Below are positions 21,786-33,720 of a stretch of DNA of 34,159 bases, in pieces. Source of the DNA: Catajapyx aquilonaris (lineage: Eukaryota); the NCBI GenBank assembly GCA_000934665.2, contig JYFJ02004179.1:1-34159 (forward strand), read 5' to 3'. A program made the position numbers and the translations under genes. Numbering within the stretch: position 1 is the first letter of the stretch; each line of letters begins with the position of its first letter. Under the pieces are notes generated by a model. That model saw only the letters and a program-made list of their open reading frames with translations, was not told where the DNA came from and made no database searches.

Positions 21786-22437
21786 TTTCTATCAAAATGA
21801 AATCAAGGTTGCCTTATATTAAAATCGAGCATTTTGACTGGCACATCACTTCTCTAGTGTATGGAAATGTGATTGTTGACATTGTTTGCACTCATTCCTT
21901 TATGCAAAGTTATAGACAACTGCATGCACATCTAGCCAATGGCACGCATATAACCAGCAATTTTTCCCACAAAAAAGCATTACCCAAAAACCCATGCTTA
22001 CAGGGTTCGGCATTAGTGTCGCCAGTCGTATTTCGTGACTAACATTATCAATTGGTGATCGAAGGTAAAATATCTAGTCGCCACTTTTGGCGACCAGTTT
22101 TTCCCTCCCAAAATTGCATTTCCCCTCAATAATAAAACTGCTCCGATTCTGGTCTCTCATTTTCGATTTGTTTCCCCTTGGTGACCCTGTGGTGTTAGTG
22201 CAAACAGAGAAACACACTTTTCTATCTAACTGAAATCAAAGTTGCTTTATATTAAAATCAAGCATATTAACTGCCACAACACTTCTCTAGTCTATGGTAA
22301 TGTGCTTGTTGATACTGTCTGCACCCATTCCTTTACGCAAAGGTATTGCCAACTGCATGCACATAACCAACTTTTCCCACATAAAAACATTACCCAAAAA
22401 TCCATGCATACCAGGGTTCGAAATTAGCGTCGCCAGT
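21786..22437 (+). repeat. Diverged direct duplication (21786-22026 and 22218-22437)
   Basis: Both copies run tttctatc..tgaaatcaa..ttatattaaaatc..cacttctctagt.tatgg..cattccttta.gcaaag..caactgcatgcacat..cattacccaaaaa.ccatgc..cagggttcg..attag.gtcgccagt. Confidence 0.9.
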
Positions 22438-22608
22438 ACTGTACTCCCAATTATCCATCCATAGCTAAAACACAGGAAAGTCTGAAAAACCGTCAATTTT
22501 CCTTACAAACGAAGAAATACAGCATGTTTTTCCCCTCAGAAGTCCAACTGAAAATCTGTGGTAAGTTTTCTTGTTTTGATTAAACCTTATTTAAAGCAGC
22601 AGACACTA

Positions 22609-22757
22609 TGTACTATCAGTCCACCGAGCATTGTCGTAGCAGCAGCGCACGAACTACAGTCTACGAGCACTTCTCCATCGACTTCTCCCCCTGGAAGTGC
22701 TCGTAACTGTAGTTCATGCGCTGCTGCTACGACAATTCTTGGTGGACTGATAGTACA
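22609..22757. mobile_element. Palindromic MITE, about 64-bp arms
   Basis: tgtactatcagtccacc.ag.attgtcgtagcagcagcgca.gaactacagt..cgagcacttc is mirrored by gaagtgctcg...ggtggactgatagtaca. Confidence 0.85.
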
Positions 22758-23248
22758 GTAATTCATTTAAAACCTGTGAATAGCTCATTTTATGGTACAG
22801 ATTATCCAACATCACCTGTGCAGCCATTAGCCCGGATAATTGGGAGTACAGTGTATGTCTCAGTATCGACCGCTGACGCTTCCACTTCGTACTGCCAAGA
22901 AACTGACATTTTGGTGGGTCAGTAAGGTCAAAAACATGCTCAACTGCACAACCATGCTCACTTACGAAAACAGGGCTGGTCATGATTATAACGGTGCCTA
23001 CAACTCTTTCGCCCTACCCAAAATTTCAGCATATAAAACCCTGTGATACACAAAAAGCACAACTCTACATCATGGTCCTTTGTCCTCCCGATAATAATAA
23101 CACCCACGATCCGTCAGCTCCCTCGGCGTTACTCCAGCCACAACCAGGCACGCGGTTCGCCCCTACAAGCACCATAACCCCCCTATCCTCGTAACTCCAC
23201 ACTATGTTACCTCGTGTGCAACTGTACGACCATACCAGGCTTACTATC

Positions 23249-23960
23249 ACTTACTTGATCACTTAGGCCTAGTCATGCCTGTCAATAGGCCGGGAATAAG
23301 TATTCAATACTTACGTTACTGAAAATGTAACTGCCTCAAAAACCCCAACGCGTAGGACTGGGGTGGGTAGTAGTAGCGGGTGGAGGGTGGAGGGTAGATC
23401 ATGGAGGGGTGGGAGGAGGTAGTGGTAGGGAGAAAACCGGGGAGGAGGGGGAGGGGGGGAAAGCCCCAAAAAAGGGTCCCGGATATAACAAAAATCACCA
23501 CATATCACTATCCACACACTCTTAAGCCCGACAATACGGTCAACTTACACGTATGACCTAGTGTGACCCCGCAGGTGTAATACAAACTAGGCGCGAGACT
23601 CACGTCACACTCCCCCCTATGGCTGGATCCGCTAGACTAAGATGGCGCCCGAGTAGACCCATGAACTACAGTCGGGGCTGGTAGGGGGCTGGAGGCGCGG
23701 GGGGGCATCAAGTAGAACTCTTCGGTTGGGAGCACGGTTGGGAGGGTATGGTAGCCACAGTGGTGAGAGAGGGGAGGAGGGAGAGGGGACAGTCACGTGA
23801 CCGCAAAAATTGTGACGTACATACGCAACAGAATGATCCCCGCGCCACTCCCGTCCAATGAAAGCGTCGGAGGTTTGTTGGATGAGGTAGAAAGATCAGT
23901 GGAAGGTCACTAGTTTGGCACCAATAGTTTCAAAATTGGTTGACCTCTTTTCCCGCCACT
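23249..23960 (-). promoter_or_regulatory. Probable MEP-1 promoter and non-coding first exon(s)
   Basis: GC/CpG-rich. YY1/Pho motif aagatggcg 23639-23647, ACTACA 23665-23670, palindromic E-box gtcacgtgac 23792-23801, CRE-like tgacgta 23813-23819, CCAAT 23855-23859, E2F-like ttttcccgcca 23948-23958. Four minus-strand consensus donors lie directly downstream (GTGAGT 23603-23598; GTAAGT 23548-23543, 23314-23309, 23254-23249). The ATG exon begins with an acceptor, so an upstream exon is required. Confidence 0.55.
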
Positions 23961-24534
23961 GCTTGAATTTCCCGCTCACCATACCGTAAAATGTCTTTTT
24001 TTTCCAACTAATATATCTTTCCAATTAGTAGACGCAACAGGTTCTCATCTTAACCATGATATCTTGTTAGGTTCCAGCAGGTGCATCTAACAGGCGGACT
24101 CAGGGAAAAAAAAAGTTTCGCTCTCGACACTTAGTTCTTCCTATAAACGGATCCTTTAAGACAAATTCGCGCGTTTTCAGCCATCAGAACCTGCCCGTTC
24201 TTGCTGCGACTTCCGCTCCCTTCCGCATGGCGGGAAACGGGTTGGCCACGGAGTTGGCCTATGAGGCTGTCGAAAACAGCGGGTTCGAAAATGTGTTTCT
24301 GAATTTTACTGGATGTACCATGTGTCCTAGAAGGTTCTGGTGCGATCCCAAAAAATAGCGGGTGATTTTAATACCGTTTGGTGTTATAGGCACGATTTAC
24401 CAGTGGGCCAATGGGGGTCATCAAGAGTGGGAAATTTGAATTTGCTTGGGCCATTTTTGGCGTACTCTTGCAAATGCGATTCAGGCATTTGGGTATGGGT
24501 GGCAAGGGGTATGGAAGGGAGGGGAGGGGGTGAA

Positions 24535-24578
24535 AGTGTGTGTGTATGTGTGTTGTGAGTGTGTGTGTGTGTGTGTGT
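24535..24578. repeat. (GT)n microsatellite, imperfect
   Basis: gtgtgtgtgtatgtgtgttgtgagtgtgtgtgtgtgtgtgtgt. Confidence 0.85.
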
Positions 24579-27500
24579 CCAGTAGTGACGGGGGGGAGGG
24601 AAGTATCCTTGAGCCCCACGCTAAGATACCAACGCCAACTGGTGACAGCGGCCAATGTTACTTTGGCCGGGTGTGTCCTTTGCGCTTGCGTACATGCCGA
24701 CCCGTACTCTCTACTTCACATTTCCCCACTAGCCTCCCCCCTCCCTCCACCCTTTACTACCCCCTCCTTCCCCCTCACTACCACCTACCCTCTCCCACCA
24801 CCTCGTCTAAACTTGTGTCATGAGTATCTTCCAGCTCACGATCAATTGAGTGTTAAACGCAGCTTTTATATTTCCAACCCTGCATGTTGGGCCCGGGTAA
24901 AAATAATTCGCCCCTGAACTCATCCCCATGTTTATGTACATTATGTCCTCAAATGCCCGCAGTTCCCCCAATATTTCCACATAGAACATAACAAGCACTA
25001 CAAATTCCCGATTTAAAAAAAGAATACTCCATAACATGCCCTATTGTTTACACAACACAATTGAATTTAGCGCCTTCAACCAATCACGCCGACTGCAATG
25101 TGTCGCCAATTTTCGTTGCCCAGTGTTTGCAAATCCGAACATCAGCGCAACGTGTTTGCGAATCAATAACTCTCAAAATGCTGTCCTCTAAATCCGGGCT
25201 TCCACCCCTTCCATTGACTTATTTACTTTTTGACAAAAAGCCAATCATGTGCAAAGCAATTTATACCTTTCATGCATTTAAGATAAGGACTTTACCTGGT
25301 TCATAATTCCGACATTTAAATCTGGCATATCTCACTTATAAGCAGTGCGCATTTCTTACGCACTTCTCTGTCCATTACCTAATAACAAACCCCCAAGATA
25401 GACAGTACCGTATTCTTCGTAAACATCTTGATCTCAACCGGAAGACATATCAAAAGGCTAAGAAAAAGCGATCGACGCCCTCTCGTGCATTCAATTTGCC
25501 TCCAAAGTCAGAGAATAACAAGATAAAACAAGTTTTAGAGAGTCGAGTGAATTTTCTGTCGCAACAATGTGTGTGGGTTACATCGAAGCGACGTGCATGT
25601 AATGAGCCTGTAAGCTGCATAATTTTTGGGAGGTCTAAAGGGAATCGAGGTAATGAAGCTCTCTGGAGCGTATATCGGACGAGAGCCCCGGTGCTTTCAA
25701 CGTGGTATGGCCCGTGGCGAGGATCAAGCTATATGCGATTATACTTACGTCCGAGTAAAAGCACCTAATGATGGCTGAAATTGTGTCTCACGTCTTTAAT
25801 TTCTGGCCAAGCATTGTATAGTACATCAAATAATGACGAGGCATGTAACGCGACAAACACGAGCTTTGCATTATTGTCAAGTTGGGCCCCCCCATCGTCA
25901 TGCCAATGTTTATCCTGCGTGTGACGGCTCCTTTTTGCTAACACAAGCTAACATATTATGATTACACTGAAACAAAATTACAAATCGCTGTCGTTTGCAT
26001 GTGAAAACCTAAGTGCATTGTGGCGTAGGTCCAGTGTTGTTGATACTGTTCGAATGTACTCAATATACTGATAGCGGGTGTAATCATTTTATTATCTTCA
26101 TCGCATAGGTCCCGTTGTTATGAGGAATTACAGGTCACCTGTTGGTGGACCCACCTTTGGCCATATTTTGAATATGTATCTTGTACTGTACCCATTCATG
26201 GGTGTAGCATGTTTGTCTCTACGACGGGTGATTGCGTGTAACTACTAGAGTCCCGTAACTTTGACATATCAATGATTATTATGATGGTCAAGCTACTACT
26301 GACACCCACGCTTATCACAGAGAACCCATACCAGACTCTGCCAAAAAAAAACAAAAAAAAACTGTAGACCGGATTAACCATTTCCCAACATCAAAGATTA
26401 CCGACATGACCACACCAGGGGCGATACACGCGACATTCGCCCGCTAGGCAAGTCCGGGCTCCAGGTCGGGCTAGAACCAAGAACTGGTTCCAGATCCTGT
26501 AGTGACGCAGTGTCACAGAGACAATCTTGAAAACATATAAGGATACGGGATACGAAATCATATGGGTCTAGTTGACGTGCAATAAAGCACAAAAATTGTC
26601 CGACCCATTTTTGGAAAACCTAAATCTGATATGGCCCTAAAAATCTGCCAAACCTCAAAAAATGTGTTCTCAGGTCCAATATTGACCTCGTTTTGGTTCA
26701 AAGGCGGCAGTTTCCGAAGTATGCCATAAATGGTGTTTCAGTAATAAGTTCCTCTCTAGTGTCTCCGACACCCTCCACTCCCTCCCCCACTCCTGGGGTA
26801 TGGATCGAGAAGATTCTAGCCCGGGGCCAGGGAGGGACAGAACGGATATGGGTCAACGGGGGTACGGGACATGACAGGGTCGGGAAGAGACGAACACCCT
26901 AAAAATACCAGGGAAATATACATTCAGTCAAATCACCGCGCATTCTTGCTGAAATCAAGTATGGGATATGGTAAGTGTCCGCGCATGCGCAGAATTCTGT
27001 CGCACCTGCGTATGTACAAGTACATGGTCGATTATAAATCTGTCTTAGCATGGATTGCATTTATGTTCGCGCATGCGCATGGTGCTAATTTGTAAACAGC
27101 GCAAGCCCAGTACATAAACATGTTGGAAACATAACCGGTACTGATAACGTGTGACGCTCGGTGTGACGGATCCTGCACCACAAGTAAATCACGCGACACC
27201 GTCACTCATATCAGCACCAGAGAGCGTATATTGTGCTGGAGGAAATGCGGCGCTGGTTGCAAGACGCCACAGATCCGCCGCCTTTGGGTGCTGACGGGTA
27301 GACACTACTGTAGACAATCTCTCAAGACACGCAGTCAGATGGAATGCCAGCTAATGATTTAGCGAAAACAAAAGCCTTTTCACTGTTATTCAAATCGACA
27401 AGAACACAAACTTTCGAGATGAAAACAAATTCTGCCCTACCCCGGGATAAAATGAGGGAAGAAGTGGAAAGAAGGCTAACTGCAAGGTACAACCAGATGT

Positions 27501-29469
27501 TACTGACAGCTATTTACTGGCTATTGGTTTTAAAATATTTAAAAATCTGAGGCTCTTAGATACGATAAGAATTTCTATTATCAGCTTGCGTAGGGAGATG
27601 GGCAGTGCTTAGACGCTATAACTGATACTTAAGTTCCGCTCTTGTCATAGCTTTCTGTTGTTTATATTTTTAGTTTTCTGCTGACAATGATGGCTTTTGC
27701 TCGCAAGTATTATCGGATTTTCATAATTCCTGCCTGTTGTGCTATGCATATGCCAAAACACGGCTCAGTGAAAGCTATAATATATCCTCAGCATGAAAAA
27801 AAAAATTATAATTATAATTCGAGCCTTATAAATTTTCCAACATGTCTATTAGCAAATTAAAGGCATGGTCGTCGCACATATGTGGGAACACACTGTAAAA
27901 CTTAGCAACGTTCGTTAATAGTCATAAATTAAAAAGTCACAGGCCTTTTACCAAGTACTTCATTTATTTATTTATTATTGATAAGAATATTAATGTAACG
28001 TGATTATGATTGATAATAAAGGTTAATACAATGTTCTAATAATTCTTCCGGTTTTATGGCAATGTGGTGAACTGTAAGGGCGTCTTGTTGGCGATGTGCC
28101 TTGAGGAGGTTTCGATTGCAGGCAAGGTTGCTCAATGACATACGGTATCAGAAGCCCTCCCAGTCAATTTGATTCAACCGGTGCAGTTGATATGGAGATC
28201 CCTCTGGATTAAAAATGCATCCAGACTAGAAACAAACCAACTGGGAAGGTTTCGGAAATGGAGGCCCCCGCATAGCTGAATACGGTATGTTCGTGTCTGA
28301 AGATACCGTTGCACCCAATTAGTCAGTTCTAAGAAGTAGGCAGCGATGCCATTGCCACATTACCGCGCAAGGGCTTCCTTGACGTCACAGGATGGCAACA
28401 TGCTAATGATGTCACCGAAAGTGATCAAGTGACGCCACATGATGAATCCAATATTTCTCCTGGGCCGACTGTGACAATGACGAACGGTTTGGGGATATGT
28501 ACCGAGATGACACTTGTCAGAGAGGGTAGCGTCGGGGGTATACCCCCACCGCCCTCCACATATACGAGTACTGTATATACAATATGGCACAATGTGATTG
28601 TAATATAGGGTGTGAATTGGCCCGGAAAGATGAGGGAGGGGTTCCGGACGGTCCATCTCCCGGACAGGTAAACTTTCATCAGGGAGCTAATCATAAAGGT
28701 ATTGATTTGAAGCGTGGTCATTCACGCCGTTTGCGCCGCATTGTATACCCCGGTATGTCTCCGGGGCGGATCGTTTGATTGGACGAGGCTCAACAACCAG
28801 CCCCCCCCCCCATACCACCCCCCCCACCAACTCCCATGCAAATTTTTTTGTGGAACCTGAAAAAAAACACAGGGGAAATAAAATTACGCCTCTCACATCC
28901 AGATTACTAATGGAAGCGAGTTCAAAGTATCACAATATTTCGCTAATAATTTTTGATGGCCATTTTTTGGGGGACAAAGGATAGGTGCTGTCATTCATAA
29001 CCTCCGGGATCAATAAATTTGTCAGCAGCGTTGGAAACATGCAGATTAGGGAGAATTAACACGGCACATGCCCCCCACTGATTACAATAAGCGGAGAATG
29101 GCTGCCCCCTCCGGCCACTCCTCTCATATATGGTGTGTGCTGAAAGCTACCGTCTATGCATATGGTGTAGAGACATGAGATGTCTTCTGGAAAGGATTTG
29201 TTGGCATGTTTTGATGTTTTTTGGCGTAATTTCTCCTGCAGCCCCCGACGTCACAGCCTCAAGATGACAAAGGGTTGCCAACTTTGATGGCCCTTTGTCA
29301 CCAAGTGGCTCCTATAGTTCAGTGTTTGACAATTCAGGGATCGCATCCGACCGCATCTAAGGAGGCAGGATGCGCGCACGTACTTGCAGATATGTGCATG
29401 AGCAGGTCTATACAAATACGATAGATCAGCCTAATTAGATTTCTGGCAAAAAAATTACGTGAATATTGT

Positions 29470-30305
29470 GCATCTTGTTCTTTGGACACTTCTGATCATA
29501 ACTGCACGTGGGGTCACGAACACCAACCCCGGTGCAGGTCACTTTCGCAGGGTTGCCATAACTACCAGGTGCAGCATCCTTTAGGACCTTGTATTCGGTC
29601 ACAAAAACATGAAACTCGCCACAATTGGACACTTCTGAACATGTTTGTATGTGGGGCCATGATGACTGACCCCAGCACTGTGAGTCACTCGCAGGGTTGC
29701 CAGATCTAACAGACCCAACATACCTCTCTGCGTAGACCATGTCAATTGGGAGCTTGCATTCGGTGATAAAAACGTGAAACTCGGTAAGCTAGTTCTTTGA
29801 ACACATCTCAACATATCTGGACGTGGGGCCACGGTGGGTGGCCCCTGGTGGCCCCGCCAGGGATCCCTATCGCGGAGTTGCCAAATCGAACAGGGGCTGC
29901 ATACCTTTACATGAATAAGGACCTTGCATTCGGTGATAAAACATGAAACTCGCGCCAATATTGGACTTTAGACACTACTGAACATGTCTGGAAGTGAGGC
30001 CACTATGGATGACCCCGTTGAGGGTCACTCGCAGGGTTGCCAGATCTAATGGACTCTCTACGTAAACTATGTGAATTGGGAGTTTGCATTCGGTGATTAA
30101 GACGTGAAACTCGGTACACTATAGTTCTTTGGATACATATAAACATATCTGGACGTGGGGCCACGATGACCGACCCCGCTGGATGCCACTATCGCTATGT
30201 TGCAGTATGTTGCACATTCTGTTAGATATGGCAACCCCGCGATAGTGTCCTCCATCGGGGTAGGTCATCGTGGCCCCACACGTCCAGATATGTTCGGAAG
30301 TGTTT
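29470..30305. repeat. Diverged tandem array (about 160-170-bp units, AB/AB higher order) with a terminal inverted partial unit; probable Helentron/DINE-1-like central repeats
   Basis: tgaaactcg at 29610, 29775, 29944 and 30105; recurring attcggt, gtggggcca and gggttgcca; inverted unit atggcaaccccgcgatag...tggccccacacgtccagatatgtt at about 30228-30294. Confidence 0.8.
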
Positions 30306-30493
30306 TGTGAGATGACTGAGTTGATTTTGTACTCAGGTGGGGACCTAGGAGGTCATATAAACCAGTGTCCATGGAACCCACTGAGTTTTCTTTTAGCACG
30401 GGGTATGCCCCGGGGCGGACCCGGGGTCGTCAATGTTTATCGCGCATATCAGCCAAAAAGGGTCATACATTTACACTTATAGGAATTTTTATA

Positions 30494-30860
30494 TTTTTTC
30501 TCCTAAAAAGTCGTACATAACGGCTCTGCCTGTCCGTCCGTCTGTAGACAGGTATCAGGGCCTAACCTGCAAGAGATAGCGACAAAAGGTTTTCGGATTC
30601 GGATTCAGCATGACCCAAATAGGTTTTATGGCCAACTTCCGGTGACCGACCACTTCCGGTTTTCCTGGTCCACTATCCGCCAAGGTCAAGTCTAGAGGCA
30701 GGTGACCGTGAGTTCCTTGACAACGAGAAATATGAGGCTGATAACATTCTATGTCATTGTTGTACAATAATAATTGGAATCGTATCGTATTCAACGAAGC
30801 TGTCAGGCTAATTTTCTCGCTTCACGATGAGAAAAGGTATACTCGAATCACTCTCGTGTT
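30494..30860 (+). mobile_element. Helentron-associated (HINE/DINE-1-like) fragments
   Basis: ctgtccgtccgtctgt microsatellite core at 30530-30545 followed by a DINE-like body. ttttctcgcttcacgatgagaaaaggtatactcgaatc at 30812 has the 5' hairpin plus GGTATACT layout of DINE-1 starts (from recall). Confidence 0.5.
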
Positions 30861-31122
30861 ATTTTCTAATCTTGTATGTATTATGATAGAACTGAAACAG
30901 GACCTTCCAGACATTGAATAAACCAGACAAGCGAGACAGGAAACGATGTTCGGACATAAGGCCACATACTTGCTACCCCCCCCNCCCCCCCGTTCTGCCA
31001 ACTAGTTGACCACCTTCACTTCAGCTCACCACTATATAGTCTATACCTCGGTTATAAAACTTTATCCAGTGTCTCATGTAGCTATCTCGTGTGGCGGGTT
31101 TTTGTAAAATGAATAACCTTCT

Positions 31123-31823
31123 CATTTGAACCGAAGCAGGTTGGTGTAGACCAGCCCACGGACACTACCCTACGTTCTTATCTTATCGCCTGCCGGGGCG
31201 TTTTGCAGGAGGTGCTCACCTGAGAGCGCCATGAGACCTTTCACTGCACAGTTATGTGGCGACCCTACCGGACTACGCTGAACTTTATGGGTACAAAAGG
31301 GAAGCGCTACATTGGGGGACCCAATATGGTCGCCGGCGGCCATGTTGGGCCCGCATGTAGCTCTTCCCTTTCGTACTGTACCTATAAAGTTCAGAGTAGT
31401 CCGGTAGGGTCGCCACATGACTGTGCAGTGAAAGGTCTCATGACGCTCTCAGGTGAGCAACTCCTGCAAAACGCCCCGGCAGGGGGTAGGTGGGAGTATC
31501 CAGACCTTAGTATTCTAAGACCATGGTGTAGACTGTAGACGATAATTATTATGAAGTCCGCCTGCTAATCGGGAGGTCCTGGGTTAGAATCCCGGGGCCG
31601 GTGACCCTGACCGTGGTTTTCTGTGGTTTCCCACGGTCCCCACAGGATAATTTCGGGGTCGCTTCCGTAAAAATAGGCCACAGCCGCTTCCTTCCGTCTC
31701 TATCCTTGGCCCCACCCAAGTGTGAAGTAAGAGTCAGAAAAATCGAAGAAAACTGACGGCGGTAAGCCACCCGCCTAAAAGGGCTCCACCCTATCACGGG
31801 GTAAGATAAATAAAATAAAATAA
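31123..31823 (+). mobile_element. tRNA-derived SINE family S, copy 2, split by a palindromic insertion
   Basis: 11-bp TSD aataaccttct (31112-31122, 31824-31834). The 5' end accgaagcaggttggtgt at 31130 matches copy 1, and the body resumes at about 31555 (ctgctaatcgg.aggtcctg). (TAAAA)n tail. Confidence 0.88.
31152..31523. mobile_element. Foldback/MITE inserted in the SINE A-box region
   Basis: Inverted arms of about 140 bp spanning 31189-31483 (cctgccggggcgttttgcaggag / ctcctgcaaaacgccccggcagg); flanking direct repeat tggtgtagac (31142-31151, 31524-31533). Confidence 0.85.
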
Positions 31824-32285
31824 AATAACCTTCTTGACGCTACGAATCAAGGTTGGGAAACTGATATGTCTAGATCGAGTGAATGATATTCAGGACATTA
31901 CTGCACGTCTCAATAACGATTCAAAGACATAAAAGGTTTCCCGGAAGTTCATTACTCCTAACTCCGGCGAGTCACAGGCAGCTACCCTATAGTTGTCTGC
32001 TGCTATGGTTACTTGCAGGTTGGAACAAAATCCACTTATTTGGTCCCGCGTAATCACACCTGATATAGCGAATTTGCTCTAAAACCAGATTATTGAAGGT
32101 GAGCCTAAGCTATGTGCAGGGTATTTTCTATTCCCTGAAGCACAAGACAAGTCTCACCCAGCGCCTTATCTGAATGCGGCCCACTCCGGATTACTCACGA
32201 TAACTGAATTTGAGAAGACGATTGCCAAGACGAGGAATCGTCATGTCTTGCGTGTGATTATTATTTACGAGTTGCCTTCTGTTAA

Positions 32286-32411
32286 CCTCCTGAGACCCCC
32301 GGTACAGTATACTGTACCTTTGTTTTTTCCAGCACCTTCTGACTAACTCAAACGTGTAAAAAAACAAAAAAACAAAGGTGATTGAAAGGTGTACTAGGGG
32401 GTCTCAGGAGG
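32286..32411. mobile_element. piggyBac-type mini-MITE
   Basis: TTAA|cctcctgagaccccc ... gggggtctcaggagg|TTAA, perfect 15-bp TIR. Confidence 0.88.
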
Positions 32412-32507
32412 TTAAATGCCTTCTGTTATTGATGACAACTCCGCATCTCAGTTATCGCTGTGAGTGTGTCGCATCCAGGAAAGGGGGTGTGGATGAGACC
32501 CGCCTTA

Positions 32508-33195
32508 AGGCTCATTCACATATACGCGAGTAAATACTTGCGAGCGAATTTCATGTTTCGCTTTTTCGCGTCTTTTACGTCACGAAGAGTGCGAATTTTT
32601 GTACAAATTTTAGAGCATTCACGTATCCGCTATGCGATAAAACTTACTCGTTAGTTATGGAGCATGCGCTGTGCAGCAGGGCAGGTAGGAGGGAGGACGG
32701 GGTCAGGGTCGGTGTGGGCAGGGGGAGGTCTTGGGCTGAGAAAGATGGCGGAGCTCTGTGCTGCGGCGGCAGCCGGCATGGCAGTGAAAATGCTGCTGAA
32801 CCGACCACGGAAGGGGATCTAGGTCACAGTGCACCAAGTGGGGCAAGAGCTGGACATGGTGCGAAGGCTGGCCGGGTCAGGAGTTTGCGACAAAAAAATA
32901 TGTAACTTCCGAGCTCAGGCATCCGCATTCCTAACATGGCCGAGGAAGGCCGACAAATCCGCGTGGCGGCGCTGGGTGGCTCGAACCAGCTCCAAAATTC
33001 GCTCGCGTCAAAAATTCGCTTCTATCTGTCTCTGGCAGGCGAGCGCGATTTTGTGTTTAGACGCGCGAGTAACCAAAATTCGCTCGCGTCTTGCGGGAAT
33101 TCGCCGATACGTGAATTGCTTTTGTCGACGCGAATTCGCGGAAGGCTGTTTTTCGCTCGCTTTTGACGCTTTTTCGCGTATATGTGAATGAGCCT
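32508..33195. mobile_element. PIF/Harbinger-type MITE, CpG-rich and probably young
   Basis: TTA at 32505-32507 and 33196-33198; perfect 22-bp TIR aggctcattcacatatacgcga / tcgcgtatatgtgaatgagcct; repeated aaaattcgctcgcgtc motifs. Confidence 0.9.
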
Positions 33196-33400
33196 TTATA
33201 CCTCAGGATTTTTTAAAAAAAATACCTGACAACAGACAACTTCATGTGCTAAGAATATGTGCTGTACAATAATAGGTAAAAAGAAATGCAAAAATAAAGA
33301 GTTATCTCACGTATCCCCCCGAGAAGTTTGAAAATAAGATATAAGATATAAAACAAAGACAATAAATGGGTATTTTATTACAGTCCAGTCGTCTAATATA

Positions 33401-33720
33401 CAGTAAAACTTCTATAAGTCGAATCTCCATGGGACCGGAAAAATACTTCGAGTTATAGAAGATTCGAGTTAGAGAAGTTTGGCTTTTTTAAAGCACATAA
33501 CTCTATAAGGAAGCCTACCTATATCCAGCAACGAAAGGTGTTCAAAACTTAAAAATAACTGCCACTATCACACTTACAATGTTCCTCGTTGTTTTGTTGT
33601 AAAAAAAACTCTGTTATGGACATTTCCCTACTCTGAGATTCAAGGATTCAATTGTCACAATCGAGTCAAACACTTCTTTGATAAACTGACAAGCAAAGTA
33701 ACTTTTCTTACCCTCGTGGA
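33401..33720 (-). mobile_element. pogo/Tigger-like element end, probably continuing to or beyond the window edge
   Basis: TA|cagtaaaacttctataagtcgaa...gggacc...ttcgagttatag subterminal repeats; the minus strand near 33600-33625 reads EMSITEFF, like the pogo C-terminal motif; second TIR not seen. Confidence 0.55.

Noticed and set aside
24227..24358. 43-aa + strand ORF as the first exon of a divergent gene
   Set aside because: No convincing donor or downstream exons, and the surrounding sequence looks like transposon interior.
28030..28330. Possible LINE 3' remnant (minus-strand LTVHHI)
   Set aside because: The match is too short, and the expected cysteines and RT motifs are missing.
32657..33191. 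Overlapping 76-120-aa ORFs
   Set aside because: All lie within the CpG-rich Harbinger-type MITE; no transposase motifs.
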